64,000 bases of DNA, from assembly GCA_044892525.1 (NCBI GenBank), contig CM097885.1, positions 26,476,001 to 26,540,000 on the forward strand. Direction: 5' to 3'. The notes beneath the pieces are model-generated. The model made no database searches and was not told the origin of the DNA. It was given only the letters and a program-made list of their open reading frames with translations. Position numbers and translations under genes: made by a program. This DNA is from Schmidtea polychroa (Eukaryota). This document shows positions 27,246 to 42,964 of this stretch, piece by piece (the first letter of the stretch is position 1; each line of letters starts with the position of its first letter).

Positions 27246-29084
27246 CCCCAAATTATTTAAAACTTTTAAAATAGTTTAAGTTTTTTTCACACAATTCTTT
27301 CCAAATAATTGCCAAAATTTTTAATAGAATTTTAAAATCATTTATCTTTCACCACTGACATACTATTTTAAAGTTTTTTATCTTCATTCTTTTTTGTAAA
27401 ATAATAAAATCAATTTATTCTAATTTCACTGAAATTTTCGCCACCACATCATCAAGTATTAGTTTATTAATTTTTTTATGGGCTTGCAAAGTGATTATAT
27501 TATATTTTATAAATAATTATTTTTTAAAAAATTAATGAGAAACTTTATAATTCGGAAAGAAAGTATTTTAATCTATTTATATTAATGTATTTACGTTTGA
27601 AAATAAAATGCTTATTAAAATTATCGTTTTTGCTATTTTCCAGTATTAACTGCGTTCGTTGCATAATAAATAATCGAATTACTGTTGATAGAGTTATAAT
27701 TTACGTTTGAATTATTACAATAATTATTTTTTTTCCTGCAAAAAAAAAGAAAATTTATTATTTAAAAATAAAGTGGTATTTTTCTGAACTGTTTTTGTTA
27801 CTTTATTCAGAAGTTTTCATCCCCATGTCATCTTACCAAAATGTACTCTTTTTTTTATATTATAATATGGTAACCCTAGTTATAAAAATAAACATTTCAT
27901 AATAGACGTACTCAACGTAGATTACCAATTAATTTAGGAATAATCGCTTTATAATATTAAAATATTTTATTTAAAAAATGAAGGATGTTTATTTTGATTA
28001 ATTTAATTTTCAATTTTAATGATATCGTTATTTTCACAAAAATAATTTTAAAATTAATTTATTTTTGTTTACTGTTATTTTTAAATTCACAAACTTTATT
28101 TTTAGTTTTATTTTTAAATTTGTATTTTAATATTTTGAATTATTAAAAAAATTTTAAATGTACTGATTAATTAAAAATTTTTATCACAATGCTAACGTTT
28201 TTATAAAACAATTCATAAAAATTTTCCATTATTATTTCATTCAAAATTAACTCAATTTTCATTTTATCCTGTCAATCATTTTTACTATTTTTGATTTGTT
28301 TCCCTCCAAAACAATTAAATTTCTCACGCCACTTATAAAATAATTATATAATAAATACGTTAATTAAAAAAGAATTTTTTATTATTGATTACTAAATATA
28401 CAAATCTCTAATTTGATATTTGCACTGTTGCAGACAAAATCGATTTGCAGAAGCATGAAGTGCATTTTTCTTAGAAAAAAATAAAATATTTAATTACAGA
28501 TTTGGCTCGTGTAAAGAAAATAATTTCTTATAACCAAATATTGATGCTGAAACGTTTTTTATTTTGATGAAAACAAGTTCAAAAAACATTTCCATTAACC
28601 TCTCCAGGAACAAATTTCTTTAAGTTAGTCTGAGAATGACGGTAGATATTAATTAAATATTAAATTTAATTAATTTAATATACGAAAATAACCATTAATG
28701 TTGTTAATATTATTTATATTGAAAAATTTGTAGGATTGTTTCATTAAATGAGATAGCGACAGATTTTGGAATTAAATAAATTTATATCAACAAGCTTGAT
28801 CATATTCTTGACAGTGAGAAAAATCATTTATTTTCTACGTTTATTAGTGCTGTCATAGTAAAATATCTTTTGTTTTTACTGTTGTCGTTCATTATCAGAT
28901 TTTAATTTTTGAAAAAAAATTTTAATAAAAAAACTAAACTAACGCAAATGTGTACAAATTTCCAAGAAAAAGTTAATTAATGAATCTAAAATTACTATAA
29001 AATTATAAAATATTTTACAAAAAAGTTTTTTCATTAAAAATTACATAATTATTCTTTTTTAATTTCGATTTGGTTTCGTTTTAG

Positions 29085-29196
29085 AAAATCAGCAAAATCC
29101 CTTGGCATTACAGAACGCCAAAGTACTTTGATTACGGATCGTGTTCAAAATACTGAAATCAACCAAAGCCCCCAAAAATCTGTTCCTAATTGGTCG
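29085..29196 (+). CDS. DGK zeta/iota-like exon (R)KSAKSLG..KSVPNWS
   Basis: TTTTAG acceptor and GTAAGT donor. Corresponds to the DGKZ RKAITK..STVDWS segment. Confidence 0.8.
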
Positions 29197-30444
29197 GTAA
29201 GTCTTTTTGGTTTTTTCCCTGGAAAATTTTTAAAATATTAATTAATATGGAAAATTAAACTTGAATTTGATTATCTCATTAAGATACGAGTTACAAAGTT
29301 TGTTGATAATTAATTAATTATATTAATTAATTTAATTAATAGGATTTCATTTTAAAAAATCGTGATAAATATTAAAAAAAAGTCAAATTTTTAGACAAAT
29401 TTGAGATCATGGCTTACAATTAATGAATGAATTTTTTTTGTTTCATTATCAATCAAATATCAAAACGTAAAAGTATTTGTGGTGTTAATGGCTGAATGCA
29501 CAATGTAATAACATTTACGAAAACGACTTTCACTGTTCTTTATAGTACTTTGAACAAATGCGATATCTATTTTTTCTTTGGCATAATTTAAAGCTACTTT
29601 TGAGGCTATCTAAATTACTAAAAAAGATTTTTAATTAGTCATGCCTAAAATAGATTTGTCTCTCCCCAAAGAAAATGAATATTTTTTTCAAAGAAAATGT
29701 CTTTAATGGATTTTATGTAACATAAGGAAGTCTTGCTTGGAAAACAGATATTAGAATAATCTTCTATTCTTAATCCAATAGTTTCTACAGGTACTTTGAT
29801 TGACTGGTAACCAGGATTTCATCTATTCCAGCTTTGAAATCCCTTCCAAAACTACGTATTTTAAAAGATAAATTATTGCTTATTGCTTTTAATCATTATT
29901 AATTTTATTTCTTTACATATTAATACTAAAGGAATAAGACTATTTTTGTAATACACTCTAGCTTTAAACCGTGAAAAATCACTCTATGTACTGACATAAT
30001 TTATAATAGCATTTGTCATAAGAATGTTGGCTTTTTTAGACCACCGTTTGATTACCACGTAACATATTATTAAAAATTATTTTTCAGCTTAACACGTCTA
30101 GTACGACGCATTGCTGATTTGCAAGATTTGTAAATTCAGTAAATCTTATAAATATTTTTTCTTGATACATATACATAATAATAATTGTCTGTAAGTAGTA
30201 TAAAAGTAGTATAAAAAAGCTTCCGTTGTAAATTGAAATATTTTGATCTATAAAAAACTTGTTCCAGTTCAACAAATATAATAATGTTTTGGCTGTAAAT
30301 ATAAATGTTAAATATTAAAAATTCATAAATTATAATTTTATAAATAACTTCAATATAAACAAACAATAAATTCACATATTAATTGTCCGAAACCTCAATA
30401 ACAATTTAAATACTGCAATTTCTCTCCCATTAATTTTCCATTTC

Positions 30445-30602
<158 letters not shown>

Positions 30603-30640
30603 AAACAGTACAAGCTTTGTGATACCCAGTGCAAATCCCA

Positions 30641-30682
30641 ATGGTAGACTAGTTTCGAGCTTTTGGCTCTCATCAGTACTAT
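30641..30682 (-). ncRNA. Minimal type I hammerhead ribozyme (family C)
   Basis: ATAGTA-CTGATGA-GAGC-CAAAA-GCTC-GAAA-CTAG-TC-TACCAT: canonical core, 4-bp stem II, palindromic ACUAGU stem III, GUC site, one stem I mismatch. Confidence 0.8.
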
Positions 30683-30760
30683 GCGGGAGACACGAAGATT
30701 TCTCTTCGCGCCAGGTAAGTATACAATATTGTTGATTCAACTCTATTGCATACTTTCCCC

Positions 30761-30910
<150 letters not shown>

Positions 30911-31197
30911 TGTTAGACGCAATTAAATTCAAATCTTCAAGCATTTATTTTTTGTAACAACTTCAAATTGTCTTTTTTAGCGTATTTAAACACCGAGGCG
31001 TGATAATTCTTAATATTAATGTAACTACTGGTCATACATTTAATTGATTTAATTTAATATAATTTAATATAATATGATATAATTTAATATAGAATTTAAA
31101 TATAAAAATTTAACAGAGATAATTATTTCTACTAACTGATCTCACTTCTATCATTTAACTATAATAATTTTATATAGGGGTTTACTAACTCCTTACA
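30911..31197 (-). repeat. Probable 3' LTR of the Gypsy element
   Basis: Starts TGTAAG directly after the PPT (31197) and ends CTAACA at the microsatellite (30911), with AATAAA about 35 nt before the end. An alternative end is 30953. No second LTR is available to confirm. Confidence 0.6.
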
Positions 31198-32200
31198 TCC
31201 CCCTTCTTTAAAATGCTTTAACTTTTCTATATTCCTCGTTGTTCTTCTCCCGTTTTCGTCTGTTAATAAGTAACTTCTTTCATGATTTCGTTTTATTACT
31301 GTGTATGGTCCTTCATATCTCTCATGATCTTTGTTTCTAATTTCTTGTTTCACCAATACTTTGTCCCCCACTTCTAAGTTCCTAGTTGTGCCAATTTCTT
31401 TCGCTTGCTGCCTTTTAGCCATAATTTCCGCATGATTTCATTTCTATACACTTCATTATTACTATGCCATTGCGATCTATTAATCTTTCTCCCAAATATA
31501 ATTTCTGCTGGACTCACTCCAGTAGTTTTTTGAGCTGTCGCATTTAAAACGTATTCTATATCAGGTATTAATTCTGTCCAGCTTTTTTAACTCCTTCTCT
31601 GAGTGACGCGTTAATATAGTCTCTTATAGTACGGAATTGTCTCTCAATTACACCATTAGTATTATGATGATACGGACTCGAAAATATAACCTCAATTCCT
31701 TCTGCCTTTGCTAGTTTTTTAATACTATTTGCTTCGAAATTCTTTCCACAATCAACATGTAGTTCCTTAGGGGCTCCAAATTTCAATATCCAATTATTTA
31801 ACAAAACTGCCTTTATTGTATTTTCATCTTGCTTTCTAATAGGAGTTAGAGATATGTATTTACTGTAATGATCGATTATTGCACAAATATATTTTTCTCC
31901 TCTGAAGGGTTCTCTTAATGGACCGCAAATATCCATGTATATTTTCTCTATAGGTTCTGAAGCTTGAATTACTTGGGTTTTTTCTTTTGACTTTGTAGTT
32001 AAAACTTTGTTTTTCTGACATGCTTCACATATTGAAATAGTCACTTTTACTTCATTTAGCAAATCTTCCATATCAAAATTGTTTCTAATATATTTCATAA
32101 CTTTTTCTAATCCTGTGTGGCATAATAATAAATGTGTTTCCTTAATCATTTCTCGTCTTTTTGTTTCTGGTATCCATATTTTGTTTTGATTGGTATAGAT

Positions 32201-34853
32201 CAGGGCTGGCAAAAGCGTCGACCGCGGTCGACTGGTCGACCGCGTAGCTATCGAAAGTAGCCCGCTAGCACTATGGAAAATTGCATATAAAAATCAGTTT
32301 TTTATTTATTGAATTTCTAACTTTATAAACATATTTAAAATAAGTTTCGATTCATATGACAAAAAAATTCCAATAAGAAACATAATATTAGTCAGATAAC
32401 ACTCAGAGTGTAGTAAATTTTTAGTTTGAAATTCAAATATATACAGTTAGCTAATAATCAGAATAAATTACATGTGTTTGAACAAGTAGGCCATAAAATA
32501 AAAGCAAAACATTGACGCTACAATCTTCGATAAGGAATAAAAAAATAAAAAACAACCAAAATAAAATACAACAAACGTGTGTTTGTCTATTTCAATTTTG
32601 AAATCAAATTGTTTTCGTTAGAAAAATTTGAAAGCTTGAAGTATTCAGTATTGAATAATACCTGCTTATAATATTAATTTCAAAATTTTTTTATTAAAAA
32701 AAATTCTTTATGAAAGTTAACATTTTTAATTTTTGAGTATGTAAGTGTGTTTAACATTAATTTTCATATTTAATTTATTTTAGCTTTTATTATTTTCTTG
32801 TTTTAGCCCCAATGACACAACCGGCCAAAAAAACTAAAACGTACCATTATAATACTGAATGGGAACAGGAATTCTTTTTCATAATGATGAAAGATAAGTG
32901 TGTTTGTCTCATTTGTAATTCAAACGTAGCACTACCTAAAAGAGCTAACGTTGAACGAAATTTTCGAACAGTGCACAAACAGTATGAAATTGACTTTCCA
33001 TTACATTCCGAGGTACGAAAAGACAAAGTCAAGCAATTAAAGTCTCAATTAGGTGCACAACAAACTTTTTTTACGAAATTTAACTCAAAATCAAAAACAG
33101 CTACCCTAGCATCATTCAAGGTAGTTAATATTTTGATGAAACATAAAAAACCTTTTGGAGATGGCGAAATATGGAAACAGGCGTTTGTTGAAGCTGGTGA
33201 GGTGTTATTCAAAGATTTTAAAAATAAATCCGAAATAATGGATTGTATCAACAATATGTCATTGACGCGCAATACTAGCACGCAAAGAATGGTGGAAATT
33301 AGCAAAAACTTGGAAGATATTTGCGGCAAGATATTCGAAAATGCCGCTTTTTCTCTTTGCAATTTGATGAATCTACAGATTTCACTGATACTGCGCAACT
33401 ATGCATCTTCATTCGAATGGTTTTTGATGATATGTCAACCAGAGAAGAATTATTGACTATTCTTCCAATGAAAGGACAAACAAGGGGTCAAGATATTTAC
33501 AATTTATTCAAGTCTTTTATAAGTCGCACCCATTTCCCGATTCACAAGTTGGTATCAATTACCACGGATGGAGCTCCGTCTATGATCGGAAAACATGTCG
33601 GATTTGTAACACTTTGCAAAAATGATGAAGAAATTCCCAGTTTTCATTCGTATCATTGCATTATCCACCAGCAAACCTTATGCTCCAAAGTGTTGAACTC
33701 TAACTATGTAATGAATATTGCGTTTAAAATAGTAAATTCGATACGTGCAAGAAGTCTACAACGACGTCAATTTCGAACTTTGCTTGAACAATGTGAAATT
33801 GAAAATACTGAATTATTGTTACACACGGATGTAAGATGGCTTAGCTGTGCAGCATTTTTAAAACGATTTAGAGATCTTTTGCCCGGAATAAAACAGTTTT
33901 TGACTGGAAGAGAAGAATTATATCCCGAACTGGAGGATAAAAGTTGGCTGATAAATCATGCTTTTCTTTGCGACATTACAGAGCACCTGAATAAATTAAA
34001 TTTACAGCTTCAGGGGAGACACAAATCAATTCTTGACATGATAACGGCAGTAAAGACGTTTAAAGAGAAACTGTCCTTGTTTGTCCGTCAAATAGAACTG
34101 GGTGATTTGAAACATTTTAAAAACATGGAAGAAGAATCCAAAAATGCGCCAGGAATTCTTTACGATAAATATACAAATCAAATTACTACCCTTTTAAATG
34201 AATTTAACACACGTTTCGCAGATTTATCTAAAATTGCAAATATTGCTATGTTCATGTCATTCCCGTTTAATGATGTTATTGATACAGAGGAGATCGCTAC
34301 TCAGATTAATGAATTTCTGGATTCAGATTCAGCTTGCTTAGAAGATGAGATAATAGCGTTGAAAAGCGACATTTACTTAAAATCAAGAGCTACAACCGAA
34401 GATAATTTTTGGAATCTTATTTCAGAAGAAAAATATCCAATTTTGCGGAGAGTAGTTGGATATATGTCCGCATTTTTTGGATACACCTATCTTTGTGAAT
34501 CAGCCTTTTCTTCAATGAATGTCATTAAAACAAAACATCGATCTTGTTTGACAGACGATCATTTGGAATCATGCTTGCGGATCGCCATAAGCTCCTATTG
34601 CCCGAAATACGAAGAACTTGCTGATAAGATGCAGTGCCACGTATCAGGTGCAAGTAGTAGCAGTAAATAATATTATATTAAGATATGTTTACGTTCTAGT
34701 AAAGTATTATAAGTTTTTTTCTAATTCGTTTTGTATTTAAATAGAATAAATAGAATAACTACAGGTAACAATTGAAAATAGTTTTTCTGGTAGACCGCCA
34801 GATTTAATTTAGTCAAAAGTCGCCCGCAAGACTTGAAAGTTTTGCCACCCCTG
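32201..34853 (+). mobile_element. Full-length hAT transposon (Buster/SPIN/GTF2IRD2-like) inserted in Gypsy pol
   Basis: TIRs CAGGGCTGGCAAAA / TTTTGCCACCCCTG (13/14) and a perfect 8-bp TSD GTATAGAT (32193-32200, 34854-34861). The Gypsy frame (..NIIYT|NQNKIW..) resumes across the insertion. Confidence 0.96.
32812..34670 (+). pseudogene. hAT transposase with a single frameshift near 33320
   Basis: BED-like CLIC, FSLQFDESTD, TTDGAPSM, HCIIHQ, VRWLS, YTYLCESAFSSM and RSCLTD motifs in two overlapping ORFs (32812-33456, 33321-34670). Confidence 0.92.
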
Positions 34854-37431
34854 GTATAGATAATATTTCCTTTTAACATATATTTATTATTTTTCCTTTC
34901 ATTTATTTGATCTTTTATTTCGTGTATTTCTACATTATCTCTTTGCCATTCATTTCCATTATTTTCGGTCATCAATGTTAACAATCTAGTTTTTAATCGC
35001 CCTGATTTGGGGTTATCATGGTCCATCAAACATTGTACACATCTGCCGCATGTATTTCTAGACAGCATATCTGCATTCGTATGCGCCGTACCTTTTCTGA
35101 ACTCCATTTTTATGTCTAAACTGCTCAAGTAATTTATCCACGTTTGGAACTGTGCTGTTATAGGCTTCTTTGTCGTTAACATAAAAGTTATTACTTTAAA
35201 TTTAACCGTTTACCATATAAATAATGGTTGAAATGGCGATAGAAATAATATATAGCCAAAAGATCTTTTCGTGTTATACAATATCCTCTTTCATGGCTAC
35301 TCATTGCATGGGATCCATATGCAATAACGTGTTCATGCTCCATTTCATCTCTTTGTGATAATACAGCTCCAATTGTATCAAAACATGCGTCTGCATATAA
35401 TATGAATTCTTTCTTGAAATCTGGAAATACGAAAATTGGCGCTGTATTCAACGCCAATTTCATTTCTTCGAAAGCTTTCTCACATTCTCAATTTTACTTT
35501 GATCTGTCCGAATCCCCTGACTGTTAATAATGTGCCCTAAAAACTTTACTTCGCTTTTTAATAACTGACATTTTTCTGGGTTGATTCTCAATTTAGCTTC
35601 CCTTATTTTCTCTAGAACTTTTCCAAACACATTGTATTGTTCTTCAATTGTTCTTGTAAAAATTAAAATATCGTCTAAATACACCATAACTCCTTCTTTC
35701 CATAGATCTTTCAATATTTTTGTCATTAATTCTTGGAATGTACCCGGTGCCGCCGCAATTCCAAAAGGCATTCTATTAAAACAAAATTGCCCTTCTTTAG
35801 TAGAAAAGGCTGTCTTTTCTTGCAATTTCACTTGATAATAAGCGTCCCCAAGGTCTATAGAACTAAAGTACTTAGATCCATGTAATGTATATAGAATTTC
35901 TTCTACATTCGGCATAGGAAAAGCTTGTCTTTCAGTAATCTTATTAAGCTGTCTAAAATCTAAACAGAGTCTGATATCTTTTTTGTCTTTTTTCCACACG
36001 CATACTAACGGCGTATTCCAAGGTGAATTACATCTTCTTATGATATCATTATTTTCTAAATTTTTTATAGCAGCATTTATTTTCTCCTCTAAATTGATGG
36101 GTTGTCTTCTGGGTTTTATCATAATTGGACCTTCTTTTGTGATGATTTTATGTGCAATTAAATCAGTACATCCGATATCCCAGTTATTAGCCATAAAAAC
36201 ACTTTTATTGTTTTTAACAATCTCTAACAGTCTTTTATTTTCGTTTAATCTTAGAATTTCTATTGCTTTTTGACATCTCTCGTTATCTGTAATCTTTTCC
36301 CGAAATCTAGCTTCTATTTCACACACAAATTCATTATATCCTTCTTCATTTTTGCTTGATGCAGTTTAATTCAATTCCAAACTCTTTCTGCAATTCCACT
36401 CCGCCTATTATAGCTGGAACAATATATTTAACTATTATAAATGTTATTTTTCTTTCCATATTACCAATTCTAACATCAGCATATCAGCATTTTTCCGATT
36501 GTCTCTAATTTATTATCATTTGCACATCTTAACATCTCATTTGTTTTTATGATTTTCACATTCACTAATTTGTCCACAACTGCTTCTGCCATTAAATTTA
36601 CTCTTGCTCCTGTATCTAGTAAGGATTCCATTCTATAGCCCTGAATTTCAAGAGTTGTACTCGGTCTACCTTGCATTTTGTCATAACTCAGTATCGGTCG
36701 TTTCCATTCATCTTTACTGAAAATATTTTGCTCCTCTGGTATTTCATTAATCCACCCAATTTCATTTCTCTCTAATTTATCTTCTGTCTTTTTAATAAAT
36801 TTATAAACTTTTTCATTTACTATTTTATTATTATATTCTGCTTCTTTAATTTCATTATACTCTTCTTGATTCTTAGGATTATTATTATTTAATAAAGGTC
36901 GATCAGCATTAAAATAACTATAACATTTAAAATTATTTAAAGGAAACTTTTTAAAATTACAAATTTTATTACATAAAGTTTCTACATTATTATATATAAG
37001 GATTATTTACACTATTAAAATAATCCGATCATTGCCTCCCGTGTCGAAGCATTTACTTTTGGGTTCTGAATCTCCTCATATTTGTCTTCTGCATCATCTG
37101 AATACTCCAGTGGCATCGTCTCATCATTAGCTTCAATTGCTGCAATTGTTCTTCCTGGATTGTTGATCTTTTGTTGATAGCTTGTGGTTCGATGAGCATA
37201 ATAATTATTGTTTCTCATGTTTGAATTAGTTTGAAACTTCCTTCTTTCCAAATTTGTATAGCAGTCAATCTCCTTGTGTCCACGTAAGTGATATCTCTGG
37301 CACTGAATCGTTGAACATTTCCGCCGTACATGACCTTCAACTCCGCATGCAAAACACGTCATTTTCTTTTTCATTTGGCATTCTCGACTAATATGACCAG
37401 TTTTAAAAAAAATAGTAATGTAAAAAATAGT

Positions 37432-37552
<121 letters not shown>

Positions 37553-39071
37553 TCTTTCATAGGTTTTGTTTATGAATTTCCATTCTCTGACAATTAAACA
37601 TATCAAATGTTTGTAAGAAATTCTCATTTCTTCATAAATATTTAATTCGTGTTTGGTGAATTGTTTCTAAATAAATTTGTTATCCAAAAATTTGTTTATC
37701 CTTATCATTGATATTTATTGGGATGAATGCTGGCATAAATCTGATTCTCCCTAATATTATTAGTGAAAAATGGCAGCTAAATTTATGAATGTTATTGCTT
37801 CCATTTCGTTGAAATTACATTTCAATTTGAACCGCACATTTTGTTACACGGATTTTTTTTAATTCAACTTATTTAAAACAAAAATTAAACTTTTTTTCTA
37901 AAATTTAGAAAATTAATTCTAAACTATTTTTATAAAATGGAAAGTGAATTCCATAGTAATTCGGAAATTTTTTGTCCCTTTCCTCCCTATGATTATTTTA
38001 ATGAAATAATGAAATAAAAATGAAATAAGTATATGTGTAAATCAAATTTTAAAATAATAATGACACAGCCAAATTAAATTTTTAAAAATAATTTGTAATA
38101 CCATAATTATCCCAATGCACCATTAAAAATTAACTAACATTTTTGTAATAATTTATTCTTTCCTTTCCTTACCCATACTGGTTTCTCAGAAAATTATGCA
38201 CCCTTTTATAATACTCACCGCAATATTCATCCTAAACAATTTGAAAAGAAAAGCGTATTATATACAGATAATTACAGTATCAATAAAATACCTTTACAGC
38301 CTCACTGGCGTACGGCATTTTTTAGACTGTATTTTCATTTTTACTGTAAAAACTTGCATGATTATAATTTTTTTAATTTTATTTTTTATTCTATTTTTTT
38401 TATTATAACGGATTTTAAATTTTTAGATATTAATTAATTGCGGTAAAAATATTATAAAACAAAATTTCTTATAAAGTATTTCGAATTTTCATTGCTAAAT
38501 TGACATAACCCTTTACTACCGAGTCATATTTAATTGTAAAGAGTAAACATTCGGGTTACTTAATTAATATGGTAGGAGGATGTGTGAATATTGTGTTTCG
38601 TGACTTATTTACAATGATTTTTCATAGTTTGCTAATTTACATGTAAATATTATGATTACGACTATCATTAAGTTATTCATTCATTTTACCACATCTACCC
38701 AATATTAGCATTTCAATATATTATTTAATATCATGACTCTGGTTGGGGATTTTTCTCTTTTAAAAGTTTAAAACTTTAAACTGACACTTTGCATGCGAGT
38801 AAGTAAATGAAATTAAAACATAGAACAATAGGAGGTCAAATGTAATTCAGATGTCCCGTGTAAATTTGACAGAGAAGAAAATATCATAATTAAATCTGTT
38901 TTTATCAGAAATAGATAATCACCATGTAATTATAAGTTATTACTGAGTTTTTCAATATATTTAATCATTATGTCAAAATATTTAATAATTTTAAAGTATA
39001 ATATTTTTTTTGTCGGATGACTTACAAAAAATTAAACAGCGTAAGCTTTCTGATACACAGTGCAAGTCAAA

Positions 39072-39113
39072 ATAGTAGACTAGTTTCGAGCTTTTGGCTC
39101 TCATCAGTACTAT
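39072..39113 (-). ncRNA. Minimal type I hammerhead ribozyme (family C), intact
   Basis: ATAGTA-CTGATGA-GAGC-CAAAA-GCTC-GAAA-CTAG-TC-TACTAT with a perfect 6-bp stem I. The surrounding 39031-39115 is homologous to 30601-30685. Confidence 0.85.
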
Positions 39114-42100
39114 GCATCAGTACTATTATCTGATTGTATATCGTTTTCTAGTGGATATTTTGTCATCATTTTGTCCAAATATTTAATCATTGTATCAAAA
39201 TATTTCATGTTTGGAAATTTATTATTTTAAATTAATAATTAAATTACTAATTTAAAAAAGTGATTATATATTTTGATAGAGGTAATTCAATATTTTGGAA
39301 TCCTGTCTTTTCATAAACAATATTGCAATGGTTTCTCATCTACCAATATCAGTAACTTGATTTTTGCTTAAAGAATCACATTTTTTTTTCAATAGAATCT
39401 TACAATTGAAATAACAATATCCAGCTAACTTTATGTAATCATATAAGGGATTCATAGGAAGTAATATTATCATTTATTCATACAAATGAACCCAACCTAT
39501 TATCAAAATTTCAAAACATGAGTTATCGCTTTTTTGTTACCAATCTTGGCATTTAAGAAGACCATTTTCCCTAACATCAATCCTTTGAAATCCATTATAT
39601 GCTCAACCCCTTAAAGAGCACGTTTTTAAAAAAACGAGCAAATAAATTCAATTTTTATTATTGAAGATTATACATTTTTAAACCATTTTTGACCAAAAAA
39701 TTAATTTTTATAGTATGCAACATTGCTCGAATTATTTCGAGTGTATCACGTATCATTAACCCTCTTATTTTAATCCTTGTTTTTGAAATTTGATTTCGAA
39801 GTCAAAATCCTCCTGAAAAGTTGAAATACTTTCTAATTATCTTTCAAAAGTAATTTTTAGTGACGTAATATAACTTCTTCCTTGCTTTACATATTTTTTT
39901 TACTTCGTCTATACGCTTTTTTCGTTCGACAACATCTTTCGTATAATATTTTTTGTTAGCTGTATGCAACATCCCGGACTAGTTAGCTATGTCGGCCGGA
40001 ATTAATTTTAACTTAATGACTCTATTAAAGGAAGCATTGCTTTCATAAATCTTTGAAATGGAATGTACTATCAGCAATACTATCTATTTTCATTTATTTT
40101 CATTACGACAATAGATCAAATGTATGTTACATAGTGAAAAAGAATTATCTATGAAAAAATGAGATGTTTAACATATAAACTAAAACAAATTAAAGGTTAA
40201 CGAAAACATGAAGAATTTTAATGATATCGCTTGTCTTCGTCCAAATATTTTTTATATTATCCCGTCAATTATTTTCTTTTACTGTCACTTGTGACCATTG
40301 TGTTACATTTCGAAAATTTTATAGTTTCACTGCGTTCTTTTCTCCAGTCTACCTCTTTCTGTTAATATTTTTTCTTGTAAAATATTTTTAATATTTTTTC
40401 TAGTAAATTTGTAACTCATTTCTATTTCCTTGGCAAAAACCTTTTTTTAACTATAATGTAATTTAAAGATATAATTTATTAAACATATTTATGTCTTATT
40501 TTGACTTATAGTATTAATTTAAAAGTTCATAATAAAGAAATTTGTTAAATATTAAAAATCATGAAATAATTGTTTTAAATTTTAAAAAATCAACTCAAAA
40601 ATGAGTATTGAAAAACATTGAAAATAAAAATAGATAACAAGTACTGAAAGTATATTTTTATATTTAACCCTTTCATTTTTTATATCAGTTTTGTTTGGAA
40701 ATGAATGCTGATCGCATGATATTGCTTGGATTGTCGGTGTAGTATAAAGTTTAAAATTATTGATCTGACTCCAAAGCGTGCCTTGTTTAGCATCTATAAC
40801 GAACTCCAGAAAGTATAAACTTTTATGGATTAACATAATTGATTACCAATTTACAGCGATACAAATAATTCAATATTAAAACAATGACTTAAGGCTTTAT
40901 TGCAACCCTTTGAGAGGAATAGCACGTTACAATACATTTTGGAATATACAACCACTTGACTGCTGTTTTTGGTTTCGATGATCGGTATATTCAATGTAGT
41001 TTCTTTCTCAGGTTTTCATTTTTAACTTGAATTTACTCGATAGCTTTAATTTGTTTTAAATCGTTTCTCCGATAACTTTGTAATTTACCTTCGTTTTAAT
41101 TCTGTTTTCTTCTTTCATTTAGAACTTCTATTATTTTAATTCAGGCTGTGTTTCCTTTTATAGTCTGCAATCTAATGGCAATTACTGATATTCGTTTTAG
41201 TTTAGATTTCTTCCTCCTGTACATTTCCTTCGATCATCTCCAGTTCTCCTATTATCTATGACAGTTGTCGAGTTATATAATATTTAAAAGACGCCATCTC
41301 TCGGCTTTTCAGGTGATCCCGTTTCTTTATCTCATACAGATATGCAAATTTAATTTCGATTTTGGCTTTGTTTTTTCTTCTTCACTTTGTACTTGTTAAA
41401 TAAGAGCGACCTTGTCATATATTTCATTGTTTATTTTTTATTGATTCTGTTATTTTTCTCTCATTTTCAATTTCTTTTTCTCACTTTTGTTTCTTAAATA
41501 AGTTAAAAATTTGTTATCTAAATTATGAAATATTCAAAAAATATAAATAAACAAATTGTGTATCAAATTTTATTTTAATAAATTTGTACAAATTTATAAC
41601 AAACAAAATTGAATTATATCTTTGAAATTTTTAATTTATTAATATAATTTAAACAAATAATTTACAATGTTGATTGAAATTAGAGCAATCTTTACAGACG
41701 TTTTCCAGAAGTTCTGAATTTGCCAAATTTACTATTGAATTGCTTGAATTTAGTGCTTTTGTTATAAAAAATAATAGTTCTAAAATAAAAAACATTATAA
41801 TATTTATTTAGTCTCTCCCTAGTTATACATGTCATATATATTTTTAAAAAAACATCAAAGTTTTCTTCAATTTTCTAAACTACTAGATGTGAGCCATCTG
41901 GCACAGTCGCTTCTGATTGGCTGAATAAAAGCATGAATCATCCAAATGATGACTCATTCGATTACTTACTTGGTAATTGTTGAAAATTGAATAATGAATT
42001 AAATTAAGTAATTAGTTTTATTTCAACACGGATTTTCCCAATCGCATCATTCGAATAACTCCAAATTTATTTAAAACAATATAATAAATTATTTTCCTTT

Positions 42101-42964
42101 TTATTTTTATATAAAAAAACAATATCCTGTTTGAGTTGAAATAGAATATTTTCTCCATTAGAATTCTATTGTTATTGTACAAACAGTTTTGATATCTTTC
42201 GCCATTTCTTAAAATAGATTTCCCATAATTAAACCCTAAATTGAACGAAAGTTATTTACATAAAATTCAAACAAAAAATTAACGAAAAAAATATTTATTA
42301 TTATTTTATGATTTCCACCGTTCTTTGATTTACAACCGATTTTACTATGAAAGTCTTATTAATATTAATTCAATATAAAAATTTTATTTTTTTAAATAAT
42401 ATTATTTTCAACTGAAACTTTCATGGAATGAAAAATTGATTTTTCTACATAAATTTAAAAAAATATATGTTTCTATTTGTTGTTGATTCGGCTGCATTGA
42501 TGGATTGAGATTTCTCCCAATTTCAATACGAAAGAGGAAAATAAATCATTAAAATTTAATTTTTTTAAACAATTTTGATGCATTTCTCTTTGGTTTTTTT
42601 AGCATCATTCAATCCGCTTTTGTTATTTGTGTAATTTGGGAGCTATTTTGGGAAATCAATCTAATTCATTGAATTGTTTTTTTTATTTTTAATTTATATT
42701 CCAGTGATGTTTGTTTTAATGAGCTTCAATTTAAATTTAAATGCCCTACAGAGTGGTTTATTTAATTTAATAAAACAAAATTAATTATTCTGGAATTGAG
42801 GCAAAATTAGATCGTCAAATCCATTTTGAATTCATTGGATTTTGAGCCATTATTAGAAATTCAGAAAAACATGAAATTTTGTCTAAGAGGATTAAAATCA
42901 TTTTTCTTAGTAAATCATCATCAGGGATAAAACTAAAAGGATAAATCCTCTCTTTAGCCTTTAA

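Larger units (their letters stand above)
30911..37410 (-). mobile_element. Ty3/Gypsy LTR retrotransposon, 5'-truncated and degenerate, interrupted by a hAT element
   Basis: Minus-strand order: Gag CCHC knuckles (CFACGVEGHVRRKC), protease LLDTGA (36476-36676), RT YLDD (35460-36326), RNase H (35191-35463), integrase zinc finger and core (31568-32200), GPY motif (31159-31422), polypurine tract AAAGAAGGGGGA, then TG. Confidence 0.95.

Noticed and set aside
32847..36273. Antisense ORFs over the hAT transposase and Gypsy RT
   Set aside because: Shadow frames of the real coding strands.
39700..41400. Slightly GC-richer, coding-like stretch including ORF 40582-40836
   Set aside because: No recognisable motif; probably a decayed element.
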